DNA of 64,000 nucleotides from Amphiscolops sp. MND2022 (taxonomy: Eukaryota): positions 62,994,001 through 63,058,000 of the forward strand of contig OZ076409.1 in NCBI GenBank assembly GCA_964187785.1, read 5' to 3'. Position 1 is the stretch's first letter, and each line of letters begins with the position of its first letter. Under the pieces are notes generated by a model. That model made no database searches, was not told the DNA's origin, and worked only from the letters and a program-made list of their open reading frames with translations. Shown in pieces: positions 1 to 14,742 of the stretch. Both the position numbers and the translations under genes were made by a program.

Positions 1-3000
1 AACCAATTCTCGATCAAAACAGTTCAGTAGGTTCGGGAGATTATAGGGAGTGTCCAAACGAAAAAATCCAAAAATTTCAATCCTACACTACAGTTGTGAA
101 AAAAAGTTTTCGTAGAATTTGCAAATGACATCAATAAAAATCGTTATAAGTTTTTATCGGGCGTTTGAAAAAAAATTTAAACAGAGACTAATAAGAACTG
201 GTTCCACCACCAGCTATAATGACAGATTCTTTACGTTTCGGCAACAAGGCAAAAAGCCTCTTTATAAATTGTGCATCAATTCGATCCCACACTTCTTTCG
301 TCACGGCAATCATTTCCTGTGTTGTTGTTGGGTTTCTATTGTATATGCGATCTTTCTACAACTTCCATACGTTCTCAATAATTGATAAATCAGGACTCTG
401 ACCCGGGTAGTTCAGTAGTCGTCTCATTTATAGTTGGATCTGTACATTTTGATCGCTAGGTCTCGAATTGCTTGAACAATTCGAGGCAAATCAAAGTTGT
501 ATAAATTGATTGGATATTAAAATTAGTGCGTCTAAATTAGAGATTATCTTTTGAATCAAAAGTGTTTTTCAATGTTATGAAAAAATATTCATACGGAAGT
601 TGTAGCGGAAATAAAATTCTGACTGATATTAAAATTGTGAAAAGTCTGTTCATTCACTACGAATTCTTTTTCCATGACTGTACTCAATTTTCAAAAAAGT
701 CAAACTTCAATTAAATTTTTCTAAATTTTCCAATTTGCAACTTCGGAGTAGAAAGGGGAGTTGTAAGGGTCGTAAAAAGTTCAAACAAAGTTTTTTTGTA
801 AACTAGATAAAATTCCAAGAAACTTTTCTAGCTTGCAAACTTCTGCATTTGAGACGACCTTTACGAGATATTCGGTTTTGAAATTTGCCATTTTAAGCAA
901 TGAGGTTGCGATATTTTAGAACGCTACCCTAGCTGCTTAGATTTGTCTTCATACTTTTGTTGGAAATGTTCAGGTTTGTCAAAAAACGTCATTTTTCTCG
1001 ACTGTTTCAATTTAGATTTTGTTCAGGTTTTGGTTGTTTTTGTGGCTGAGTTTTCAGTAATCAAACAACAAAATAATCAGTTACATGCTATACTTTTAAA
1101 AAGTGGATTTCAGTTTTTTTTCTATAAGTAGTTCAAACGATGTCGAATTTCTCAAAATTTGAAAAAGATGTTTGCAAGTTCGTCGCTTATTGTTCACGCT
1201 GGAACCCTAATTTATGTCGTTGCAAAACAGTTGGGGGCGGAACTGCAAAATAGTTCGGAAATAATGTATTCTGCAGCTCAGCGGGTGCTCTGTTTCAGAA
1301 TTTCCCAGCAATTATACCCAATTATCGAAAGTACCCAAAAAAGCGAAAATGTCATATTAGATTACCGTGCTTCCCTTTTTTACGGCACGCTCCGAATGAA
1401 AGACAAGCTTTCAATCCATTTTCACATTCGTCTCATGAGCTGATCCGTTTTTTTTTAAAAAAAAAACAGCCGAACAGTCTATTTTTGATTTTCAAGAAAC
1501 AGCTTATGTGGTCAAATTCAATGTAACCAACTGTGAAAGGTTTTGCTCAAACAAAAAGTATGATTCTACCCACTCGAAAAAACCACGATGGCACTTTAAT
1601 ATAAAAATGAAATTTGAAAGACATATGTAGAGAGGTCTGAAAGTAAAGAAAGGAAATACCACGATTGGAAGATGTTTTAGTTTGTCATTCATTTACTTAG
1701 AAACACGCAGGTTTTCCATCAAAAATGGGCGTCATTAGCTATTCTTTCACAATAACTTTGTGTTTTCAATGAATTCAAGATTTAAAAATCCAGAAAAATT
1801 TTATTGATCCAGAAAAAATGTTGATCGAGAAATATTTCAAGCACCTCTTAAGTCGATAGTCCCTTCAAATGATATTTTGTCACAATTTTAAAAAAAACTA
1901 TTTTTCAACGAGTACTTTTTGGAGGAAAAATTCATCGATTTTAGGTCTATCATCTTAAGAGAAGCATAAAATGTTTCTAGATCAACTTTTCCTAAAAATT
2001 GAAATCATGTTCATTGAAACATAATGAAAATTATCGGAAAAAAGCTACCATCGCTAGTTTTGCTCAAAATAGAGGACGCATTTGAAGAAGTTTTAAGCAA
2101 TTGTCAATCAAAGTTTTGATTTTTTTGTTGTCTGTCCCTGTTCCATAAATTTTTCTCCAAGTGCGAACCAAAAAAATCGTTTCCTGTTTTTGGTAAGCTA
2201 TTATTATCAGAAACGCGCGGCTCTTTTGTGACAAAATCCTGTTCTTCAGCAGCTTCGAAACGAGACATTGCTGAATAATTCTGTGAGAATTTTATTTAAA
2301 GGGGCTCGTTTATGGGAACAAAAAATCATTTATTACGTCGTTTGTTTTTTCAGTATTTAATTTCTTGTCTAAAAATGTTTTGAGAATCGTTACAGCAGTG
2401 ACGCAATTGTAGTTTCTTATTAAATGTTACTCTAAAAGTAGAAACGGTTGAGAATATACCCCTAGAGGAAAAGCGCGCGACAAAAAGTAGATATACAGTG
2501 TGTTCTTGAAATTTACAATTGTACCCAGGAGTTACCTTTCATACGTACCGGCAATGCTAGGCTATACCAAAGTTGCCGCAAAAATTTGGCTAATCATTTC
2601 ATGTATTCTAGGAGCAGTGGGTTGTGCAAGATATGGAAAAGTATAAGTCTCAGGTTATTCCTTCAAGGACTCTGGGCATTTCGCAATAGCGTGTCATCTA
2701 TTTTACAATACCTCGATACACATTCCTTGTCCTCCGGAAGTAACATACCTCCCGCTTTTTCCAGCTCACAGCTATTGGCGGGAAGCCTCGGAGCTTTAAT
2801 CTTCTTTTCAATTTCATTTCTCGCCGTACGTCAATTGGTTTCGATTGTAAACGAATTTGTTTTTTGTTCCTTCATCTGAAGAAGTTAATGATAAACTGAA
2901 CGTACAAAGAATATCTTTTGTGATTTTTTTAAACTTTTTTCACGACCGGTACAGTCAAGAAAAAGTGGAAAAGGTGAATAATAATTAGTTCACGGTTGGT

Positions 3001-4560
3001 TAGAACTGTGTAAGGATTCATTTTCTTTCTAGGCGTCTTTTTTCAGCCTAGCAAGGAATCATAAGGTAGGAAAATTGTAATTTTGGCGTGAAAAAGCAGA
3101 AAATAAATTGGATAACAGCTACAACCTTTTGGTAAAAGTAATGAGCTTCTGCGAAGGTTCTCAGTTCTTAGAAGTTTCCAGGTTATTCACGGATGTGATT
3201 TAGAAGGCAAGGATTGCGAGAGATAATGAAGTCGAAAAGAACGGAAGAACCAGCTTAACATTCTGTTTTGGGAATTCAAGTAGCAATCAGCACCAAAAGG
3301 TCAAAGAAGAAACAATGAAGAAAAAGGAACTATTTCCACATTTTTAAAATGAAAAAGGTAGCATAAAGGCCATTCATTATTTTTCAAAAAAAATTCTCTT
3401 CGAAAAAAAAATGTTATAGTGCCGAAAAGGAGCTTTAAGCTCGCTAAACTCTTTTTTTTTCGGGCCGAAATGATTTATGACACTCTTTGATAGAATTTGT
3501 TTCCAGAAAAGTTGCACCAAACTCGAAACAGCAAAAAAAACATTTTTTTCAAGAACATGTGGAAATTTTTCCCGGAAAAAGTCTCATAGCGCCGAAAAAC
3601 CCAAAGTCGATCCTCTAAATCGGTGAAACGCTTTCTTTCTGAGTCAAAAACCTTTGAAAAAATGAAGGGGTACCATTTGACCAACTGAAAACTTTTTCGG
3701 TAAAAAAGTGTCAGTTTACTTCGGTCAAAAACATCGAAAATCGAATATAGCGCAACATTTTGAACCTCGGCTTCATCTTTAGTAAAGCGCAAAAGTCAAA
3801 AGTTCGAATATAGCGTATTGTGACAAATGGGAACACTTTTTCGGACCTCCGCATCCTCCTTAGTAAAACGCAATATAGTTCGGATATAATGTCAAAAACT
3901 CGGATACAGCGCAATTTTTTCGAACCTTGATCACTTCTTTAATGAAAGCAACCTACTTTGGCATTTTGTCTACAATTCGGATAGAGTGATCTGAAATTTT
4001 AGAGACCTAATTTTTAGAGAGACCTAAATTTTAGAGAAAAGTTAGTCATTTTGAAAAATGTCCAACGCCGAAAAATGTGAAAAAGGACAATTTTGTCTTC
4101 TTTAACATGCAGTTTGTTAAATCGGAGACATGGAAAAGTTCTCAAAAAAAGTCTCACATAGCCTAAAAATCAAAAGGGAGAATCTTTTAGTCTCGTCCAG
4201 TTTTCTGTGTTATGTTGTAAAAGGAAAAAAATGCAAGTTGGACCCTTTGAACGGACTTAGATGTGTTCCCGAGGTGTTCCCGCTTGGTTGAACAAACTGA
4301 ACAAAACGTTCGAAATTCTTCTTACTGGCACCTGTTCTAAAGAAAAAACTAGTGATTGCAAAAAACCTATAGCTTTTGCAAACAGGTTCATCTCGGAAAC
4401 AGCAAAAAACGTACGCTATTAATGAATTAAAAGTTCTAACAGTGTTCTGGGGCTTATAACCCTTCCAACTTTAGGTACATGGCAAACGTGTAAGATTACT
4501 GACCATACTGTACAAAATGTCCGCTAAGCGTCGGGATATTTTTCGCCTTCTCAAACAACT

Positions 4561-4632
4561 CTGGTGAATGCGAGATTCGAACCCACTAACTATTGCCTGA
4601 GAGGCAGATGTACTACCAACTGAGCCATAGTA
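4561..4632 (-). pseudogene. tRNA pseudogene or tRNA-derived SINE head
   Basis: A box TGGCTCAGTTGG and B box GGTTCGAATC, anticodon-arm-like hairpin, 3' ACCA; the acceptor stem does not pair. Confidence 0.5.
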
Positions 4633-7600
4633 AATAGAGTCAAGTAACTAAAACAGTCAAGTAAATAAAACTAAGTGAAGTGGATGGAGATGGTGGAGAT
4701 TTGGTAGAAATTGGGGAAAAAGCAACACAGAATTTGATTTTTCCTCCCCCATTATTTGTGGGCGGGAAATAACAAGTGTACAAAACATTAGGATGGATTG
4801 CGCCCCAAAAACACACGCGAAAGAGGAAAACAAATGGAACCTCGAAAATACCGTCAGAGAGACGAGACGGCAACGGACCTCCAACGCCTTTGACGGGATC
4901 GATAAATGGCCCCAAACCTCTACAGATTCCAAAAGACAGCAACTTAAACTCATTCCTGACGTATACAAGAAAATCACATCGTCAATATATGGCCTTTTAT
5001 TCTTCCAAGCTCTGATGGTACCTATGAAAATTCAAGCTTCGAACCTTTTTGGGCCAAGAATAAAGCTCATAGAGGTTACTCAATGGAGGTGCTATATTTG
5101 CGTAACCTGCAAACTTTTGCGTAAGATATTGAATTCGAATCCACTTTTTTGGAACGAAACCATTCATCACAATTAAGCGCACTAAACCAAAAAAGTTTCA
5201 ATTGGATCTCATTGGACAAGAGACGCGTACTGCTTTGTAGATTCTGAAAAATTGTTGCCAATGACCTGTATGACACATGTCGGGCAGCGAGCTTATTTTA
5301 AAGTACCGTCGGAAAATTCATCCAAACAAACGGAGGACCTAAAATATTTCCACAAGGACAAGGCCACGGTCTTTACCTGTCATTATTTTGAAATTTTCCT
5401 TAAAGGCCATTTTATTTCTTTACGTTACGGTACACCGTACTGAACGGACAAGCTGAACGGGGGCCCCTACCTTCGAAAAAATCTGCTAACAAACTTAAAA
5501 GCAGGAAAGAAACACATAGCACACCAGACAAAAGAATCCAGATTCGTCGGATAGAACTCCCTTGTTGAACATGCTTGAACTTTTTACATGTACTTTAATG
5601 TTGCCAGCAACTTTCATTCTGATAATCTAAATATCTTACGGAAACTTTAATGTTAAAATTTCCGTGTTGTCACCAACTTTTATCAAGCTACTTTAAAGAA
5701 TCATCAAACTTTTTGGCGGCAATTTCAAGCCGTGAAGTTCTGCAAGTTTCAATATGCATCGGTTCTAATGTTAAATGCAGCTGAGACGTCAACAATTTTG
5801 CCGCCATTTTAATGCAAATTAACTGCATTCACGATGTAAGCAGCAAACTAGCGTCATCTTCAGCGTCCTATTTGAGAAGCGGTGATTAAATCAGATGAGT
5901 ATTTGAGAAATCAATGTGTGAAAATACAACGTGATCGTGTCCGTAAAAGAAGGGGGAAATATTTTCAAATTGAATTGCAGTAATGGAAAATGCAGTTTAA
6001 TTCTACAAGATTTACCAGCGGGACCTTACTGCATTTTCCAGGTTCTATAAAAAACTACCCTGCATGCAGGCCTACAGCATGTAAAAAGTTCCAGCAGTCT
6101 CAACCAGGAGTCCTATAGACAGTAAGACACGAAACTGAAATCATGACAAGAACCGGGTTCCTGAACGGAACAAGCACAACAAGAGTTTCAAATCAGAGAA
6201 AAAACATTGAGGGCTCTCTTACAATTTGAAAGGCGAGAAGAAAGTATAAACGCAATATCTAGTTAGTTAGAAAGTATCGAGTTAGAAAATACTAGCAACC
6301 GTAGCTCAAGTACAGATAGAGAAAAAATATAAAATCATAAATTGGAAGTAGCCTACGCCGGTCAAAGAGATTAACGAAAACACTGCGAGTGTCAGATTTA
6401 ATAAACCATTTACCTCAATGCTTAAAATAAACACAGTAAAATAGGTTGAGCCTATCACCACTGGCGGAGATGACAGAAACAACAATGGGGCAATTCGAAG
6501 AGGAAGATTATTGAACCAATCAAAAAACGTGGAAGACTCATCATCGGCACAAGATTAGTCACTCGCGGAACTCTGGAGAACCTACAGCCAGAGAGTCAGA
6601 GAGTGGACGGAACACCAAACTGGAGAGCTAGTTGGTTGATTTTTTACCATCTGTAGACAACAGTAGTTGGGGAAATGAAGAGGACATAGTTGACAAACCT
6701 AATTAGTTCTGTCAATATACTTACTTCGTTGCTGTTTTTAGTTCGAAGTACCTAGTAACTGTTGGCATTAATACAGCATTTGTACAGAATTAACTTTACG
6801 AAAAAAAATTAAATAAAAGTTAAAATTTGAAAACTGAATCGTATTCTCCTATTATCCCGAGAACAAGAAAAGCAACATATTCTTTGCATAAGTATGAAAT
6901 TTTACATTCAAATGCAATTATTTGCCGAAACATTTCAGGCCAAAATTGCTTTTTTTCTATGGTCAAGGACCATGAACTATCAGAACTAAAAATACCACAA
7001 TAACTGATATATAAAAGAGCCATTGTATAAGCTTCACTTGTCTAACCATGCATTTTACAAAAGCTTATCAGAACTTGTCAATTGCTTTTAACATTTTTTG
7101 CAGCTAGAAATTTTCCTGATTCTCAGCGATAAACGTGCAAGTCATTTTTTGCTCTTGACCTTTTAAGATTCCCTTGTAAAATGTCTTTCGTATTCATGGT
7201 AAGACTCCTATCATCTTCTTTTGTGTCTTTTGTTACGCAGATTCAGCTGTTCAATTGAGTGTTCAGGTCTGAGGTACTGTTTTTAAGCAATCGTTTTTAA
7301 ATATCACTCCGATAGAGGAATATTGTTCAAAATTGCTCAAAAGGCATTCAGTCTGAACAACACATCAAAATTTTGTTCAAGAGGAATGTAGGAACATCAC
7401 TTAATCGGTCGGTTGCTGTTGTGCTCTTGAATATGAGAATTAAAATTTTTTATACGGTAGTCTTCGATGTTCAAAAATTGTAACTGGTAAACCATTTACT
7501 TCAAAAAGACGTTCGAAGTTTACAAGGAAAGATTTTGTAACTCCCCTCCCGAATTAATGTGCAAGTTATCACTGCATATTTTTGTTTAGATAAACTCATG

Positions 7601-10600
7601 AAAAACTATTCAAAAAATGAGTTATTCATTTGAAATGAAAATTTGATTGAAGAAATGAATTTGAAAAAAAAACGGAGAGTTCTATGTATCTTAGTTTTTT
7701 ATAGATCGATAGCAACGGAAAATTTTGTTCATCGTATTCAAACAACTGCGGAAAAGAATATCGAATGTTTCAAAATTAGGCTTTTATCTTTACATTTCCA
7801 CAGAGCAGAGCAGTCAGTTAACCTGATTTCGGTCAGGGAGATTTGACAAAATTCATGGAGAAATATCCTCACGGCTGTAAGAAATGTAGTTATGAACCTG
7901 TTGAATTCGATAATTATGTATGTTTTTCATTAGCAACATCACATTTAAGCTTGTTCAAGGCCAAGGATATAAAATTAGAGAGCGGACATTATCCTCGGAA
8001 AGAATTGGTATTAATTGAATACATCGTTTTCCAGGTTTTGTGGATCAGAGATTACAATAAATTTAGAAGGGAACAGTTCAGTGAGAATATTAAAGAAGCA
8101 TTTACGTGAAATTTTTGAGTTTTCGCAGTATAATAAGTGAGGCTCTTTTTCGTTCTACTATTATTTAAAAGAATTCTATCTTGGGAAGATAATTTACTCC
8201 TTCAGTTGCGTTTTTTGTCTTCGAAAGGAAATGTCGAATAATCAAGGTTCCAAAAATCAAGGAAAGTGACCAAAAAAGAAGCAATTTTTGACCGTGTATA
8301 AATTGAAATTTTCGTACACCTTTTGAACTTTTGAATTGCCACATTATTGAACGGCAAATCAGGATTCTACTTGAAAATTCTTTTATTTTTCTCGGGAATT
8401 TGGATGTTTTCTAATCAAAAAGTGTCGGAAACAAACCAAAAAGATCCAAAAAGGGATCATTTCAAAAAGTTACTGCTTTTTTTCAAGTTCTGCAGTGAAT
8501 CAGTTACTGTCGTGCCTTAAAAATATGTTGTCGCCAAAATAATTCTGAGTAGAGTGCATCCTGGTGTTCAGCGGACGTCTTGTTTTTCAAAAGCTAAAAA
8601 CGGTAGCATATTGTCAAGGCCATGCTCTATTTATGTTACTATCTGGACTCGAGCTAGATATTGGTTTCATTTTGAATTGCATTACGTAATGTTGAACGCT
8701 ATGAAAGTTAGTTATTTGTGCTCTGAAAATTAATGAACAGAATTAAAGTTCTACGTTCCAATCATAAAAGTCGTCTGGGAAACTTGATATTCACAAATTT
8801 TGCAAGCTGTTTAATCATTGAACAAAATGCCCATGTGTACAATTATTATGCGTTCCAATTAAAAAATAAATTCATGAAGTCTTTTTTTGTGATTTTCCCC
8901 AGAAATTCACTGGAAAAGTTTGTTTTCCAGCATTGAATAGAAAGAATACCGTGGAAGTTCTACCATTTAAACAGCCAAGATGCTTTAATTCAAGTTTGGT
9001 AATGAAAGAGAAGCTTTTCACAGTTTCCTTGTTTTCCTGATGAGGTTCAAGCTTTTCCGCCTTTTCCATTAATGGAAAAAATAAACCACAACCTTTCTTA
9101 GGAAGTGGACGGTTGAACGGATAACCACATGGGTTGAGCTGATTGAATTTTTGTTCAGAGCTCGATTTCTGTTTTGATTCTGTATTTTCAGTGATTTCAA
9201 TTCTTTGTCTCGATTTAAAATCGATGTCCTTTCATCATCTTTGAAGACGTTCATCAATTGGATCGATGTTGCCGCTAGTTGCTTTTGAAGTGCTGAAAGA
9301 AGCTTTAGTTGAATGTGATATTTTGCACATTAGCCGATCGATTGTTCTTTATAAAAAAACAAAATAAATTAGTGTTTTTATGTGCAAAAAGGTATCTTTT
9401 ATTAAAATCGCTTCAAAAATCGTCCTTGCTCCAGAGATTTACCATGGCATTATTTCCCCTGATTTTGGACACTGTAAAATGTGTGGCATGCACATGCTTT
9501 TCAAAAGCCTTCTCGGACAATAGAAAGGCAACGTCGGCCACTTTATTCAAGAATCTATTTACTCAGGAATTCAATTATAGGATGTGTGTAGTACCTTTTT
9601 ACTTGCTTATACCTGCTACGCGCGATGGATGGAAAAGATGTAAGCTCTTATCCATGGAAAACGAAAAAGGGGTGTCTTTTGAGGAGAGAGTTAGTGATGC
9701 GGTTTCAAGAAGGTGTGTTATTTTGAAAAGGATAAGGTACGTTTTTGGAGCATTATTCCCGGTTGGTTTGGTGTATTTATGCGGACTTGAGAGCAGCAAA
9801 GTTGATTGTGTTGAAATGACGGTCGTTGAATTGCAACTGGAAAAACTTGAAGTAATGGTGTGCATATCCCAGTGTACATATATTGCAATGCATATTTTGG
9901 GGGCTTTGCTGACGCTGTGAATAATTTATTGGCCCGCGAAGTGACTTCAAGTCGTCTTTTTGGGCAATTCAGCGGCCGGCGCAGCTTAGCATTAATAGTT
10001 AATGAGAATAATCGCCACTGTGTTTTATTACTATGCGCAGATGCGGACGCATTTGAGCACATTTGATGCTAGTTAAAACACCATGTTACAGTCATAAATT
10101 GCTCCTAATTTTTGTCCCATTCAATTCTTGCCGCTGTTTCGCGCCATTTTCCCGCTTTTTTCCAGCTAAATTCTCCCGCACCGGTTCCCGTTTCCCTCGC
10201 CTCGCCCGGGCTGAGCTGCTAAGGCCCAAAGGGATCGCGACCCGGCACATCAAACAAAAAGAAGATGAATGCAATTACAATTACATAAAGCCAGACCAAT
10301 AATGCAATTAGTATACAACTAACAAATCGAGGCTCCATAAACCAATCTAGCTCGGCCAGCGAATTCTGCCATTATGCAGCTTGCCCAACATTTGATCCCA
10401 ACTTGTTCACAGTCCTAGCTGGCGTTTCTTATATTTTCAGTCTCTCAATTTATGCTCTGTCAAATCTAAAGTCTTTTCTTCCTTGTTTTCATCACAACGA
10501 AGCAACCTTTTTATTCGCTTGAAAAAGTTCATTCTCGCGATCTTGATTTGACCGGTTTGACTAAAATTTTCGACTTCACGGATTCTTGGAAATTTGCTGT

Positions 10601-11276
10601 ATTGTTTTCATTTAATGCAACGCTTCAAGTATCGAATTGTATTCGAGAAGTATTTAATAGTTCAAGATTTTCGATCAAGTTTATTACTCTCAACAAAAAA
10701 TCAACGTTTTCAACTATTTTTTTTGCGGATTTTTCGTTTCTCGGTTACAAACTTGTTTGATAACGTTTTCTAATTTCAGCACACATTCCGATTTTCAAAA
10801 TTTTAGTTTTAGATTTCACGCTTTTCCTTAACTAAGTAAATAATTGAAGGATTCCGTGAACCACCTTGAAACAATTCCTATCTTATCGGCTAACCTTGTT
10901 TCCAACACCTTTATGTTTTAGATTGTTTTCATTAGTCTGCTGTAGAGTAGTTTAACCTCGATAAACTTGGCAGTTGAATAGGAAAATTTCTTACCAGTGA
11001 ATAGTTGTCTAGATAATAGTAAATTAGATAAAATTTTCAAGCACTTAGATTGTTCCTTCGAACACTAATCATGAAATTTAAAGGTTTCCTAGCAGTGCCG
11101 ACGAAATTTTATGTAATAAGTTGTACTTGTCTTCATATTAATGTAGTTCTAGGTCAATCAGCTTTTTAGATAATTCGCGAAGCAGTTGTTCAAAATTCTC
11201 AAGATTAGAAGAAATTTTGTAGGGAATGAGTCATCACATTTTGAAACTGATTATAATGACATTAAGGGAATAACAT

Positions 11277-12273
11277 CCCGGGTTGACCCTCTTACTAGCA
11301 TCTTGGCTGTCTTGGCAAGATCTTGCCAAATTCTTACTACATCTTGGCAACCATGGATCCCATGGCAAGATTCTTATTAAGATCGTATCTTATCACGATG
11401 GACAAAATTTTAAGATTATAAAAAAAACACTATACCTTCGGTACAAGCAGCCGAGACTCAATATAAAGGCTCATTTCACCCAACAACGACTATTTCTACT
11501 CGTTTTCATAATCAAAATGCTTAAACCTGCTGAAAAAATTTTGCATGCAAAAATGCGTGAAAAATTACGATAACGTAGTCTGGCTACCAAAATTTTGACG
11601 AGAATCCTAATAACTGCTCACCTGTTTAGGACTGAGAAATGCGAATGTACCAAATGAAAGGTCATTTCAAGGTCTTTCCAAAACTTGTAATTTATCACTC
11701 CTGTTCATTCCAGAGGCGGAGAAATATGCTCTCAAACGTCCAGACCCACTATCGGAAAGTTACAAAGGAAAGACCTTAAAATCCTGAAATTTTTGTAAAA
11801 ATCATATTTCCAGCTTTCTTTGAGCCTGTTTCAGCAGCCTTTTTACTGCTAGAAACAGCGGTCATTGCTCTAAATTGGGTAATGATTCAGCTCAAGGCTT
11901 TTCTGACGCCGTTGTTGGCGACAGTTTTCAATTGAAAGAAAAATATCGATATCGAAATGGTTGTAAAAATCATTCAGTAATTTTGTTTTGTGTGATGTCT
12001 AGATTATTTTTCCATAACTTTTAATTTAATGGTTTTCTGATTCTACTTTTTATCGATATCGAGCAGTTCGTAGCAATTTTTTCTTGCCATTTTCGGCTTC
12101 TTAGTTAGATTTTTCTTGCCATATTGGGCTTCTTAGTAAGATTTTTCTTGGAAACATGGCTCTCTTGATAAGATCTTACCATGGCATCTTGCAATTCTTG
12201 GCAATATCTTGTCACGATCTTAGCTGAGATTTTTCCAAGATCTTACTAAGATATCCATGGAGGGTCGACCCGG
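11277..12273. mobile_element. MITE-like element with short TIRs and sub-terminal tcttggcaaga-type repeats
   Basis: ccgggttgaccct / agggtcgacccgg inverted ends; degenerate tcttg-rich arrays at both ends. Confidence 0.5.
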
Positions 12274-14695
12274 TATAGTGTAAGTATAACAAGTATGAGT
12301 GAAGTTTCTGAAAACTGATGTAACACTGGTATCAATGCAACTCCACTCCGAAAACTCAAAGTTTTTACCACCATTTGGTCGGATAAAAACAATTCTTAAT
12401 TTTTTCGGTTCAGCAACGAATGCTTGATTTATGAAAATAAGCCGGGAACGGCTCAGTTCGGCACCCAGCTTTAGACTCAAAAAGCAAAGTATTTTAAACT
12501 TGCCGAAGGAAACTAATGTTCCAATAAATACGCAAAGACGTGTCCTTCAGGCTCGACAACAACTTTTTCTCTAACTGAGAACATCAAAAAGCCAACCAAA
12601 CTGAAAACCAAAATGCGAATGTGGAACCTTTGGTGAACTAAAAAAATTAAACAACAAGTCCTTCAATGCCGAAAAACATTCAAAAGTATCTTTGGTCTCT
12701 TCACTTTCGGCCTCGTATACATTTGGGAATATCAAAAAGTGAGTCCATACCTCGAATCGAACTCACAAACCCAGGCTTCAGACGATATACTAGGCTAACT
12801 GACATGGAGACGAAGCGACGTTATAGAATTCACTCTGGAAGCACTTTTTCATCAACCTCCCTTTGAGTTTTTTAGGCTCTTCCGACTTTTTAAAAATTGT
12901 TGTTTCATTTCAACAGAGTATCACTGGACGCTAGTGTAAAAAAGAACCAGTCATTGAAAGGATGAATTTTAGTTCGGTAGTCCGGAAATACAAGCTGACT
13001 TGTTCAATAAATTGGTTCGCTTTTTTCACAATAACCACGAAGGTTGACTAATGCCACAAACGACAATCGTTGCTGCTGCTTCCAATCACCCCATTTGGAA
13101 TTTTACCCAACTGTGCAGCAAACGGTGCAGCACCCACCTAGACGTTCCAGTGGAATTTTAAACGTATATTAAAGATGACGGGAACACTTTCTCTAACAAC
13201 ACCCTCTGGTAAACAAATTCAGTCAATATTGCGAATGAAACATTCTCACAAATTTAGTGAAAAACTTCAATTCGATGCGTAACGTGGCACTAAGCATAAG
13301 ATTGCTCTTTTCGGTGTTTCCGCCATTTTGAATGCAACACGAGGACGAGAGCAGACAGAACGAGGACAATGAGAACGAAATAGCTTGAGAGCGCGTAGAA
13401 ACTGTGAAAACTTCTAGAAGGACTATTTTGTAGGTGCTAACACCCAATTTTTATTGATTTTGGCATAATGCCGTAAGTGGCGAAAATCAAAAAAATGAGT
13501 CTTTTTGCTTAAAAATCATCGGTTGGTACGTGAACCCCGAACTTATAGCTGTGTGGTCTGCCGTTTCAATGTGTATGTTCACTGTAGCCGTATTTCCCAG
13601 CTCGAGGGAGGTTTTTGGCAACTTTAGACGTTATTCCCATGTCACCCTGGAAATGGAATTCAACCCTATTCTTGGCATTGTTTTTATATGCTAGTAAAAC
13701 GGTGGTCTTTAGAGAGTCAGGAAGATGCCCCCTAGTATTAGCAATCAACGATTAGGACCGGTTGCTAGGTATTTTGTCGAAGCACCCATGGCTTCGAGAT
13801 ATTTCTCACCCTGGAATCGCCCGACGAAACACCCATTCCGCGGGTTCTTTCACCTCTGTTAACGCTTTAGGCAACCTATCACTGCTTGCTGTTACATTCT
13901 GCACGGAAGTGAAGCTACACTAAGGTACCAAAAAGCTCAAGACACACAGTTTCGCTGACAAAATTTTTAAATTTTGAAATACTAAATTATTTATATTCAA
14001 TTGACACAAAACGTTCTTAAATCACAGGGAAGTTTTTGTTTTGAAATAAAAACAGAAATTTAGATGGTATAACACTCAACGTATTTGTGACTTTTAACAT
14101 TTTCTGAATATTATTATGCATTATTTCGAAAACGGTAATTCCTAACAAAAAATTCTTTTGATTCACATTTCTATCCTTTGACTCTATAATTTTTTCTGAA
14201 AACATCCTGGAAAATTGATCACAAAATGTGAAGTCTCAATTTCCTCTCTTTTTATAAAAGTATTGCTTCGAAGGAATAACGCTCATTTTTGTTTGTTCAT
14301 TTTTGAGGAAAACTATTTCAGAAAAAGTTTCAAATGAAAAAGTTGAAGAACGGTGGTAAGGCTACAGAAATGATCCAGTGAAGTTTTTAGTCGGCGGTTG
14401 TCAAAGAAAAACGCAGACCATAGTAGTGACTTTTCTTTTTTTAAGACCAACGAAGTGACAGATTTCATAAGCTTTTATAAGCTGGTATGTTCATTTGTTC
14501 ATCTTCTTGGCCGACTAATTTTTAGACTTAGAGAAGCAGGAGTGCGTGGGTTCGCGTCTCGCACTAAACCAAAAATTTTTAATGCTTCCAAAAGTATTAA
14601 GTGTCCTTTTTTCCGGCACTATGCGACTTTTTTACCAAATACTTTTTTTGAAAAAAAATTTTCCCAAATGTTTTTAAAAGTTGTTCCTTGAATAT

Positions 14696-14742
14696 TTTTG
14701 AGCCTTAGATATGGCGCCGACTTGGGCCGTTCCCGGCTTGTT
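14696..14742 (+). repeat. Terminal motif of an abundant dispersed repeat family (gagccttagatatggcgccgacttgggccgttcccggcttgtt)
   Basis: Further copies at ~47058-47105, ~50911-50957, ~52995-53040 (+) and ~12437-12483, ~51300-51327 (-); usually preceded by ttttcggcact.tgcgactttt sub-repeats. Confidence 0.75.

Noticed and set aside
4561..4632. Functional tRNA gene
   Set aside because: The acceptor stem does not pair and the arms are imperfect; kept only as a pseudogene or SINE head.
4640..6700. Possible decayed retroelement pol fragments
   Set aside because: Only faint coding-like composition; no diagnostic motif or termini could be confirmed.
9309..10062. 203-aa ORF and overlapping minus-strand ORFs
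   Set aside because: No recognisable domain or convincing splice context; possibly decayed TE sequence.
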